From: Octopus vulgaris
Taxonomy: Eukaryota
Assembly (NCBI GenBank): GCA_951406725.2
Contig: OX597824.1
Span: forward strand, 55,862,001-55,926,000
DNA: 64,000 bases
Reading direction: 5' to 3'
Numbering within the stretch: position 1 is the stretch's first letter; each line of letters opens with the position of its first letter. The notes under the pieces were generated by a model. The model was given only the letters and a program-made list of their open reading frames with translations. It made no database searches and was not told the DNA's origin. Shown in pieces: positions 11,830 through 22,447 of this stretch. The position numbers and the translations under genes are program-made.

Positions 11830-14116
11830 AGTCAATCTAGCAAAAACCAAAGTCCTAGTAAGAAGGAAGGTAGACAAATCACAAACCCCTTCAGGTAGAT
11901 GGCCTGCTCAATTTGTAGAAAAGGTGTAGATAGAAATTCCATATGTACCTAGTGTAAGCTATGGCACATAAGAGGTGTAGCAATATTAAAATAAGGTTAA
12001 TCGAGAAGATAGCTTTTGTGTGTGGCAGATGCACAGGGGCAACAAACACCGAAGATATACAGAAAACAGATTCCATTACATGCCAGGGGGAGAAGCTAGA
12101 AGTAATTGTTAGCTTCCACTACCTAGGTGATCAAGTCTATGGTGGGGGTGGATGCTCTGAGAGTGTAGCTGCTAGAATAAGAATAGCCTGGGTGAAGTTC
12201 AGAAAGCTCCTATCTCTGCTGGTAACAAAAGGCCTCTCACTCAGAGTAGAAGGTAGACTGTATGGTGCATGTGTGCGAACAGCCATGCTACACAGCAGTG
12301 AAACATGGACCATGACTGTTGAGAACATGCGTAGGCTTGAAAGAAATGAAGCTAGTATGGTCTGCTGGATGTGTAATGTCACTGTGCGCCCATGACAGAG
12401 TGTAAGCACCCTGAGAGAAAAGTTGGATGTAAGAAGCATCAAATGTGGTGTCCAAGAGAGATGACTGTGCTGGTATGGCCATGTGCTGTGTATGGAGGAA
12501 GACATCTGTGTAAAGAAGTGTCACACCCTAACAGTGGAAGGAACTTGTGGAAGAGGCAGACCCAAGATGATATAGGTGGTGAAGTATGACCTTCGAACGT
12601 TAGGTCTCACAGAAGCATTGACAAGAGACAGAGACCTTTGGAGATATGCTGTGATTGAGAAGACCTGGCAAGTAAAGTAAGATCACAGCCATGGCCAATG
12701 CCAGTGTCGCATAACCAACCCATTTAAAAGTACCCTTGAATCATCAGGTGATACACTGTGCTTGAGAAAACCTATTGTGTCAAGTGAAATCATAGTCATA
12801 GCCAATGCCAGTGCCACCTGACTGGCTCCTGTGCCGGTGGCATGTAAAAGGCACCATCTGAACATGTTCAATGCTAGTGTCACCTGACTGGCTCCCGTAT
12901 CGGTGACATGTAAAAAGCGCCCACTACACTCTTGGAGTGGTTGGCGTTAGGAAAGACATCCAGCTGTAGAAACCTTGCCAGATCAGATTGGAACCTGGTG
13001 CAGCCTACTGGCTTGACAAGCTTCATTCAAACCATCCAACCCATGCCAGAATGGAAAACAGACGTAAAATGATGAGGATGATAATGATTATGATAATGAA
13101 GATGATATAATTTAATTTTGGTACTGTAAATTTTGGTGTTTTGCTAAAAAGGCATATGTACTATTTTCTCAAAGCTGAGAAAGTCTTCACAAATTGTTAC
13201 TCAGAGTTTCCATCAGACAATTGTAATAATACTGAATAATAAATCATGTCGATATATATAATACTAGCTTAAAAGCTGCTTATCAGGTGACTTTTAAGCT
13301 AGCTCCTGTGGAGAGCTCTTCATTAGGCTTTGCGCCCAACAATGACACTTCATGCATTGGGTACATAATAAATTTTATTAAACTTGAACAATATTTTTCA
13401 AGCAATGAACAATTTTCATCAAAACAATTTGATATAACTTGTCCACTTGGAACTTATTGCAAAACTGTATGATAAACAACAGTACTACCACCATCGCCAC
13501 TACATCTGCCATACACATATCATTCAGACTTCTGATGCCACCACCATCAATACCTTTGACTTCACCGCCTTCCCCCTCTACCACCATCACCACTGTCTTT
13601 CACATCACTTACTCTCACTGTCATCCCTGACTGTCTCAGCTATCACCACCACCACCACCACCATTATCACCGCCACCTCTGCCTCTATCATAACTACAGC
13701 TTATACTATTACTATCACCCCATTACCATCGTTCAGTATATTAGTTCAGTATGTTGGTTCAGTGTTCGGTCTCTCTTTCTGTCACTCTTATTATTACTCC
13801 TACTGCTACTATCAACACTACTACTTTTAATAAAAACATCATCAACTCTCTTAAATTGATGCTGAATTTTGGGGAAACTGTATTCAATTAAAGTGTATTT
13901 TATGTGTGTGTGTGTGTGTGTGTGTATATGTATATATGTACACACAAACACACACACACACACACATACACATGCTGTATTAAAGAAAGCAAATAATAAA
14001 GCAAAAATGATAGTGTTCAGTAGTTGGTTCAGTAAGCTGGGCACAGGAATTTCTGTCCAGGAAAGTTGTACATCATCACTTTCTTTCTCTTATATATCCA
14101 CACACACACACACACA

Positions 14117-14178
<62 letters not shown>

Positions 14179-14567
14179 ACTCCCATTTCCACCATCAACA
14201 CTAATACTTTTAATAAAATGTCATCAATTCTTCCTAAATTTCTTTGTCTCTCTCTCCCTCTATTTTTCTTTCTCTCTCTCTCTCTCTCTCCCTCTGTCTT
14301 CACCACCGTCCTAACTTTCTTTATGCCTCCTATAACTCTCATCCCAACATGAGGAAGTGTTATTAAATAGCGAGAGAGGTGGGGAGAGTAAAGTGTGACA
14401 CACTGACAACAGAAATTTTGTTGCTGATGTTATTATTATTATTATTTATTCAAGTCACTGCCTGGAATTGAACTTGGAATCTTGGGGTTAGTAGCCTGTA
14501 GGCAATTATAGTGTGTATTTTAGGGCTTATAAACCTAATATTTTTGTATCCTTCCTTAAAAAAAAAA

Positions 14568-14710
14568 CACCCTAGAAATGAGAACCCAGGGTTGGGTTCA
14601 AAATTCCAGAAGGTCACCTGATGAAAGCTGGAGAGTAAATCAGCGGAAACGTTGTGGTAACAACAAACAAAATGAGGACACATATCCATCCAATGTAAAT
14701 AATGTAAATA
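14568..14710 (+). mobile_element. Penelope-like pseudo-LTR fragment with minimal hammerhead (14615-14657)
   Basis: CAC-CTGATGA-AAGCTG..CAGCG-GAAAC-GTT-GTG has the palindromic AACGTT stem III typical of Penelope-like minimal hammerheads. An AT-rich tail runs into (TA)n. Confidence 0.65.
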
Positions 14711-14921
14711 TATATAAGCAATAATAAATCTCTGAACAAGGTATAGACAGTAACTGCACGACAATGTGAGGTATATTTGCCATCTCAATATGGCTAACCA
14801 CTAAGGGTGGATGTTACTGTAGCTTGTAGCCCCAGGAGAACATCTCCAGCTGGCTATAGGCACACTTTCTGTGCCCTATCGGTATTTGCAAAGGGAGGTC
14901 ATCCTTCCCTCATCAGCCTAA

Positions 14922-14980
14922 GTGATACACATGGACTGCAGTTTCTGGGTATTGACCCATCATCAGCGCACGACAATCAC
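14922..14980 (-). ncRNA. Type I hammerhead ribozyme with canonical core
   Basis: GTGAT..GTGCG-CTGATGA-TGGG-TCAATA-CCCA-GAAAC-TGCA-GTC-CATGTGT-ATCAC. Stem III is the palindrome ACTGCAGT. Proximal stem I is partly decayed. Confidence 0.8.
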
Positions 14981-15286
14981 CGGTTTTTGTATTTCTTTAT
15001 TTGGCACTAAGGCCACAACACAGAGGGGACACTACAAGGACAGACACAACACTACAGTGGGGACAATAAATATAAAACAGATGAAAATGAATATTATATA
15101 ATAATGGAAAATGAAATGGCTGCATGGGCCCCACTCCACATACAGTACCATTGGAGTGTTTTTACACTCTGTTATTACAGTCTTATTTTATCTGATTTTT
15201 CCTCTTTTTTTCCGTTCATTAAATGTCATTTTTTCTTCAAAAATACTCTTCCTTTCTCTTTTTTTTAAAACTTTTTTTTTTTCCTT

Positions 15287-16707
15287 TTAACGCTTCATAT
15301 ACTGCTCCAGCTCTCTCAGTTCGATTACTGGTGGCAGCTCATTGAACTCCACTATCGTTCCACCAGGGTCGATTCCATCACCGCACCTGTCTCTAAGTCT
15401 TTCATAAACCACCTTATCGGCGACCAAACCTTTCACTCTCTCAGAGTACATGTCTCTGGGCATTTTCACCCTTACGATGTTTTTAAACTTCACAATTTCC
15501 TTTTCCACTTCCTTGTTTTTTGAATAGGTAAAAAAACTCCATTGTTTCTTCCATCCTCTAGGCTTTCTCCTTTCTTCCTCTCCCAATATATGCTCCTCTG
15601 TACTCTTCCTGAGGCTGGAACAATCTTCTTCTCTATCTCCACTATTAACAGTTTCTCCATCTCACCCTCTTGTAGCTGAGTCTCTGAAACTTCTGCCAAA
15701 TCACATGTCATCCTCAACCTTGTTTCCTCCTTCTCTGGCTCATTGTCACACAACTTCTTAATTATTTTTTCACTTCCCTTCTTCGCCTTACTTTTGTTAT
15801 CTTTCTTTCTCGTTACGTCTTCCTTTTCCACCTCTTCTTTCTTCTTTTTCTGGTCAGTCGGTGGCGGGCTTGCCCTAACGCTCCTCCTTCTTTTTCTTTC
15901 CACTGTTATGAAACCCTCTTCCGCTGCTTTTTCACTACTCTTGACCGTCTCTGCCTGTTCGATATTTTCTTGATTTTCTCTCTGTTTCTGTGGGCATCTC
16001 GCCTTCATGTGTCCCTTTTCGCCACATTCAAAACACACCGGCGGACTGCCCTCCACCTTCATTCTCAGTGAGAAACCGCCAGGCAACACTATCTCCTCAG
16101 TTATTCTATTGAGGTCTTCTACTGTTGCCTGGATTGTTAATTCCAATCCATAGCCCCAGTAGTCCTGCATATATGTTCTGGTGGCCTTTAGTATTCTGGC
16201 CCCGTCTTTCATGTTATACATAATGGCTGTCATTAGCCATTCCTCCTCCAGCTCGGGGGGCACTTGGCCGACCTGAACTTTCGCCACAAGTTTTCCGCAA
16301 TATGATGGCAAAAGAATCCATTCTTCCGAACGAATTGCCTCCGTCGCATATTTTAATGCTTCCTCCTCCGATCTGAATCGCACATCCACAGTGGCATACC
16401 TTCTGCTTCTCGTTCTGAAGGTTATAAACTTTTTAATGCCTTCCAACACTTTTTCAATTTCTTGTACTGCTGCTATTTCTATTTTCTTTGTGGCGACCTT
16501 CATGGTCTTGTAGGTCACCGTTTTCTTTAGTATGCTGTTCGTCAGCTCTTCGGTTGGCATTAATTTTATCGTTTCACCCTCCTTCTTTATCAGCTTCTCG
16601 CAATCTTTTATTTTCTTGTCGTCGACTAATATTCCATAAGTTCTTTCCTCTGCTCCTCTCCCAGTTGCGGCTGCATTGCTGTGGCCGCCTGCTGGTGACT
16701 TCTCCAT
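15287..16707 (-). pseudogene. Gag/ORF1p-like protein with intact CX2CX4HX4C zinc knuckle; single frameshift before the C-terminal domain
   Basis: ATG at 16707 (MEKSPAGG) and knuckle SPPVCFECGEKGHMKARCP. The C-terminal ORF 15287-15586 (LPPVIELRELEQYM) is homologous to 7540-7911 (LPGVIEQEELLDYI). Confidence 0.85.
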
Positions 16708-17101
16708 TTTCCTCGATGGGAAAATATAACAACACAAAAATTAAACAATATTAACACCGATAACGACGACCAGCAAAAATCAACAATTAATTACTCACAT
16801 TAATGCTCCGTCTTCAACAACTCGAAAAAAATCACTGGTTTTCGATGAAAGGAGTCCCAATGCAAATATTTATATCCTTTTTCCAGTAACTTTATGTCAC
16901 TGATCTTGAAAAAATGTATACAAGCAATAATAAATCTCTGAACGAGGTATAGGCAGTAACTGCACAACAATGTGAGGTATATTTGCCATCTATCTATCTA
17001 TCTATATATATATATATATATATAAAAGGCAGAGCTCCAGCATGGCCATAGTCAATTGATTGAAACAAGTAAAAGAATAAAAGAATATTTATATATATAT
17101 T

Positions 17102-17935
17102 CAGGGTGTGATGGGTATATTGTCGACATTTTATATTTTTAATTTCGTGCATGTGCATTGTTCATTTTTGATTTTGTTGACTACACAGTATAGTAGGGTT
17201 AGTTGGGTTCTGTCTGTGAGAAAAAACAGCACCATGACACAATTGACTCTGCCAGAAATTTGGAAATGACATGCTGTACTGCTTGGCATTTGTGCTAGAA
17301 GCTTCAATAAGAAGATTTCAGAGTGTTTGGGTGTCAATCTGAGGACATGTACCGAGAGTGATAAAAATCAAACATCCAGTCAACATCATGGTGTTTAGAG
17401 TGATCACTAGTGATGTCGACGTTATGCCTCCATTCATCTTCCCACACAACCTCAGACTCAACACGGAGGCCTACATCAAGTGGAGGAGGTAGTGCTGTCC
17501 TATGTCAAGATAATGGCTGCTGGAAGACTCTATGTCTGGCAACAAGTCTCCGCACCATGCCACACAAGCAGGACAATTCTGCGACCACATCACCCCTAAT
17601 ATCTGGCCACCAGATACAACCCCCTTGATTATTATGTGTGGGGCGTAGTTGAGCAAGAGACTAACAAAACTCTTTGTAACACCAAAGATGGACTGAAGAC
17701 AAGTATTATAGCAGCCTTCACCAACTTAAACAAGGAGACCACCCAGAAGAGTTGCAGGAGATTCTGAAGTTGTTTGGAGGCCATGGTTGAAGCCAATGGT
17801 GATTTCATTGAATAAATTTACTCTTTAGTATTTCAAGATATTTTAATGAAATTTTGGTAAATATATCTGTTAAAATGAGATGTCAGTGTTATTTTCATTT
17901 TTGCGTAATTTAGAGGACAATGTATTCATCGCACC

Positions 17936-17938
<3 letters not shown>
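17102..17938 (+). mobile_element. Internally deleted Tc1/mariner-superfamily DNA transposon
   Basis: TIRs CAGGGTGTGATGGGTATATTGTC / GACAATGTATTCATCGCACCCTG with a 3' TA flank. Transposase remnant WPP...PLDYYVWG at ~17604-17645. Confidence 0.75.
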
Positions 17939-17977
<39 letters not shown>

Positions 17978-18559
17978 GAAACAGGACTAGTTCCATGAAC
18001 CTCTTTGGTAGGCTTTTCTAATTCTTACTTTTATATATTGATACATACATTAGACTCTAGACCTAGTGGTTAGGCTGTTGCACTCATGATCGCTAGATCG
18101 TGGGTTTGATTCCCAGACTGGGCAGTGCATTGTGAGCAAAACACTCCAGTTCATAATGTTCCAGTCCCCCTTTCAATCAGGAGAGAATGTTGGCCTGCAT
18201 ACCTAGCCAGCAGGGTGTTATCATTTGATGATTAAAATGATGCAAAGCACATTTTGATCAGTGATGTGTAACAACATCTGACAGTCTGGACAGTCACGTG
18301 ATCACATGATATATATATATATATATATGTATATATGTGATGGTGGCCATCCATTCGTGATTGAGGAAGACCATTGTTGACCTTCAGGAATATTGTGCAC
18401 TCTAGGAATAACTTATATTTTGCATTTGTGACTCTGTAGGTGGCTACTGAGGCCTGCTCTTGACAAGCATACATGACAGCAAACATTGCAAACCAATTTG
18501 GGATTTTTTGCGGAGGGTGAAAGTGGTAACAAGAACAGGACAGTGAGAACAAAACAGTA

Positions 18560-19170
18560 ATTTATTTGCTTTATTTGTCAAGTTACAACAAAAGCAGCAT
18601 GGTGTTCAAAGTAGAGGCCATTGTGTTGCACCTTCTGAAGTCACCTTTCTACCATTTCTTTTGTCCTACTTTGATATCAGTTCTTGTCCTTTGAGGCAAG
18701 CAACTCCTTCACTGAGGCTTCCACCTCCTCTTAGTTAATGAAGCATCACAAACACAGGAAGCAAACCATGGATCGAAACAAGTAATAATCCAAGGTAGCT
18801 AGGTCTAGACTATATACTGGGTATGGCACCAGTTTGATTCCCCCAAGTTCCAGGAGTTTATTCCGGATCATTCAAGCTGTATGAGGTCTTGTGTTGTCTT
18901 GATGCAGAAGAGCTTGCTTTCTGCTAACCAATGCTGGGTATTTTTGCCGTGCAATGGCATATATCCACTCCAGGTGTTCAGAGTTCAGGTTAGTGTCGAT
19001 GGTTTGACTGCCCAGAACAAATTTGTAATGAATTATCCCCTCATAATTCCACCAGATGCAGAACATCACCTTGTGGTCAAAAGACCCATGTTTGGCGACA
19101 AGTTCTGAAAGTTGTTGGCCCTTGGTTAACCACTGATTATGCTCTAAACTGGTCAGTAAAAGCCATTACA
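18560..19170 (-). mobile_element. Mariner transposase relic
   Basis: KVMFCIWWNYEGIIHY, LLHQDNTRPHTA and a degenerate HPxYSPDLAxxDY motif. Confidence 0.75.
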
Positions 19171-19309
19171 ATAAATTTACTTTCTGCTGCTGGTCTAATT
19201 TGTAAATTTGAAGTTCAATCACCATTTATCCAAAAATGCTAGTTTATCCCAAATATGTGTAAGCTTATTAAAGAATGTATACTTCTCTATTTTGTGGTTA
19301 TATATATAA

Positions 19310-20940
19310 TATATAAATCAAAATAAGCAACACGGATATCCATAGGTAATGCAGTACGATCGTTTCATGCGACTCCATTTAACTGAACAATGCAATCATT
19401 ACATCAATTTAAAATGTAGAGCAATCTTCAGCTGCAGAAAGACATAGAATTTAATCAAATTAGAACAGATGTTTGGAGTAGAGTTGAGGGAGTAGACAGA
19501 CATTCTAGATGGTATAGTCATAAAAATCAAGATTTATTAGAAGCAATGTAATGAGGTTTAGTAAGGGAAAACTTAAAACAAGATGTTAGCTGATAATTAA
19601 GGGGTTGCCCATTAGCAGACTATTGAAAATGAAACAGGGTAAGTATTATCATGTAGTATTATAGTTAAATACTTTGAAACAATGTTGCTATATTGTATAC
19701 AGTTGAAGTTTAGGGTTATTCAAGAGATTATTAAGAAGAATATTGTAACAAAAGAATAGAAATTTATGAATACTTATGAGTATATATCAAACTTTTAACA
19801 CAATAGAGGGAGGAAAAGAAATTATATAGAAATAGTTTAATATTTATACATATTGTATACTTAAATACTAACTCATCAGATGGTGTCTGGGAATATTGAT
19901 TAAATGATATTTACTGGTAATAAAGGAGTATTGAGGTAAAAGAACATGCTAATTATATATTATTAAATTTTAATCTAAGCAGTTTTTTTTATAAGTAGTG
20001 AATATATCGGTATAGTTTAATATAAGCTAAGTATGAATTTATAGAGATACAAAAACTTAGAATAATTTTATAAATAAATAAAGGCTAATTATAAAATAAA
20101 ATAAAATAATCAAGGGTAAAACATCATAGAAAGGAATAAAATGGCTTAATTACTAATACTATGGTAAAGTATATGTAGCTTGTTCACCAATAGAGAAGAT
20201 TTTTTAGAAAAATATAATAATTCAAAATATATTAGACTAAAAACTATATTTACTTATTTAGCTAATATCTATAAAAGACTGATATTTGGTATCGGCTAAA
20301 GGAATATTTAGGTTATGGAACAATTCTATTTTACACTAATCTTTTTTTTTTTAAATTAAGGGTTATATTATTGGTTTCAGAAGTTATTATTGTTACTCCC
20401 TACATGATATTTATAGTTTCCTAGTGGTACTTGTTTAGAAAGGTTATTTATATAAAGGTCCTTATAAATACTAAGATCAGGAGGGTAGAGCCATTTAAGA
20501 AAGAAAAAAATCAAGTAATTTCTTAAGATCATTTCAAACAATATTGTCATAAGGTTAAAATTTTAGGGTAATCAAGAAGATTATTAAGAATGAAAATCTT
20601 AACAAAAGGATACCACTTCTTTGAATATTTTGAGTATATACCAAATTTTTACCACAATAGAGGGAGGAAAAAGAAATTGCAAAGAACTAGATTACTATTT
20701 ATATACTTATTACTTATCTAAAATATTAACTTATTATATGGTTTCTATGGAGATTGATCAAATAGATTTAATTGGTATTTAATAAGGGAGGGGGGGGGCA
20801 ACTGAGGTTAAAGAACATGTCAACTATATACTGATTTAATTAAAAATTGAACCAATTTTAAGTTGTGGAGATACCAGTATTACCTTATATAAGCTGAGTA
20901 TGAATTAATAGGGGTACAAGGATTAGATTTATTTAAGGCT
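19310..20940 (-). mobile_element. Penelope-like AT-rich element end (same family as 3447-5755) with hammerhead at 19350-19436
   Basis: Minus strand TGCAG-CTGAAGA...GAAAC-GATC-GTA-CTGCA. Internal partial duplication (19730-20060 resembles 20575-20920). Flanked by (TA)n. Confidence 0.6.
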
Positions 20941-21435
20941 GCTATATATAATATATATATATATATATGTAAACTCACATATTCATCTCTATGTGAATAA
21001 ATGTGAGTGTGTGTGTAGTCAACATAGCTGAGTTGATAAGATATTGGATTACAAATCCTATAACCTTCAGTTTGTCTTCTTCAGATATTTTGCTAGGCAC
21101 AGCTCCACTTTTGTCTTGATGCTCAGTTTGCTGTCAGAAAATAAGTTAAGTAGATCTAAGGGAATGTTACTTATGATAAAATGCCATCCTTTTCAGAGAA
21201 ATATTTGTGTCTCAAAGAGGGGCTATATGATTTATGAAGTTATGAAATATTCTTCTTATAAACTTACAGCCACACCCAAACATTCACATATTAATTGTGT
21301 AGGACTGAAGTTATAATTATATTTATCATCAAAAAATGTTTAACTCTTGTCTGGCCATATTTTTTTTATATGAATATCACTACCAATCTCTGACAGGTAA
21401 ATGAAGAATTTAGGATGATTTGGAAAAAAACATTT

Positions 21436-22447
21436 TTACCTCTGCCTTAGCGAAGGCAGAGGTATTGTTTTCAGTCATGTTTGTTTGTTTGTTTGTCTAT
21501 GGACAAGATATCCCAATAACTACAGGATGGATTTGGATGAAACTTTCAGGGATGTTTGGCCTCATAACTGGTATGAACTGATGAGATTTGGTTCCAGACA
21601 AGGATTCTGGATTATTTGTTATATCTACTTTACTTTATATGAAGTATTGCAATCTTACATTCACTTTCAAGTCTTTCTCTGATTTTCTCCCTTGAAAGCA
21701 TGCTCATAGTTTCCATGTAAGTTACGGCAGCATTGCTGTTTCCAAAGTTTTATTTTCGTTTCTCTATTATTAATTTTACTCGCATCTCTATCTTAGTAGA
21801 AATTGATAGATAAAGAAATCAAACAACATAAACAAATGGCAGCAAAGCTGTTCAGAAATTGAATAACACTAATAAATTTAATTTGTCCATGACAATTTTT
21901 AGTTTTACTAATTTTGAATATATTGCTCCTGTTTAAAACCTTTTACCTACTTGACAATTGCATTTCTAGCTCTGCCTTGAAGGAAGTTTTACTTCTTGGA
22001 CTCACATTTTTGTGTGCAATGATGTTGCTAAACCTTTGTTAACAGCACCGTATGCTGGTCCTTTCCATTTTCTTTCAGACACGGATACATTTTTCACTAT
22101 AGATCTTAATGGTCGTAAAGACACTATATCAGTGGACAGACTAAAAAAGGCCATCATAGAGAAAACTGCCCCTGTTCCCACTGCAGATGACACACACACA
22201 GCATTACAAACATGGCCTGCATACCCACCTTCACATCCATGATTGCCATTGGGATTGATCAGATAGTGGATAAGGATTCTGGATTATTTTTCTGGAGAGT
22301 GGTCAGGTTCATTTTTAGTAATCTCGTTTGTCAGAGCAGTCGAGTTTATTTCAAATATTTGCATTTTAAAAATCATCTCCAGCTAATCGTTGAGAGGACA
22401 TTGGTGTTGCCTTGGTGGAGGTTTGCACTCTCAGAGTGTTCTTGTTA
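21436..22447 (+). mobile_element. Non-autonomous Helentron/HINE-like element containing a Gypsy integrase fragment
   Basis: 5' TTACCTCTGCCTTAGCGAAGGCAGAGGTATTGTTTTC hairpin plus (GTTT)n, and 3' GGAGGTTTGCACTCTCAGAGTG hairpin. Internal peptide APYAGPF...ISVDRLKKA. Confidence 0.55.

Larger units (their letters stand above)
9870..13100 (+). mobile_element. RTE-clade LINE, 5'-truncated and decayed (RT domain and 3' UTR)
   Basis: Translated motifs NYRGIK, QFGFVPSRSTTDTIF, AFVDLEKAFDRI, HQGSVLSPLLF, LYVDD (~11157), FHYLG and GRGRP, followed by a (GAT)n tail. Interrupted by a SINE and a solo LTR. Confidence 0.9.
14711..16991 (-). mobile_element. Hammerhead-containing RT-less retroelement B (retrozyme unit + Gag/ORF1-like cassette)
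   Basis: 75-bp terminal direct repeats at 14711-14785 / 16917-16991, a hammerhead at 14922-14980, and a cassette bounded by 15-bp repeats at 14975-14989 / 16830-16844. Flanked by TA repeats. Confidence 0.85.

Noticed and set aside
13440-13830. Thr/His-rich ORFs
   Set aside because: These come from degenerate (CAC/CAT/TAC)n trinucleotide repeats and are not coding.
14885-14920. Second CTGATGA plus hairpin on the minus strand of element B as another hammerhead
   Set aside because: No GAAA follows the hairpin and there is no stem III or cleavage triplet. The equivalent site in element A is CTGCTGG.
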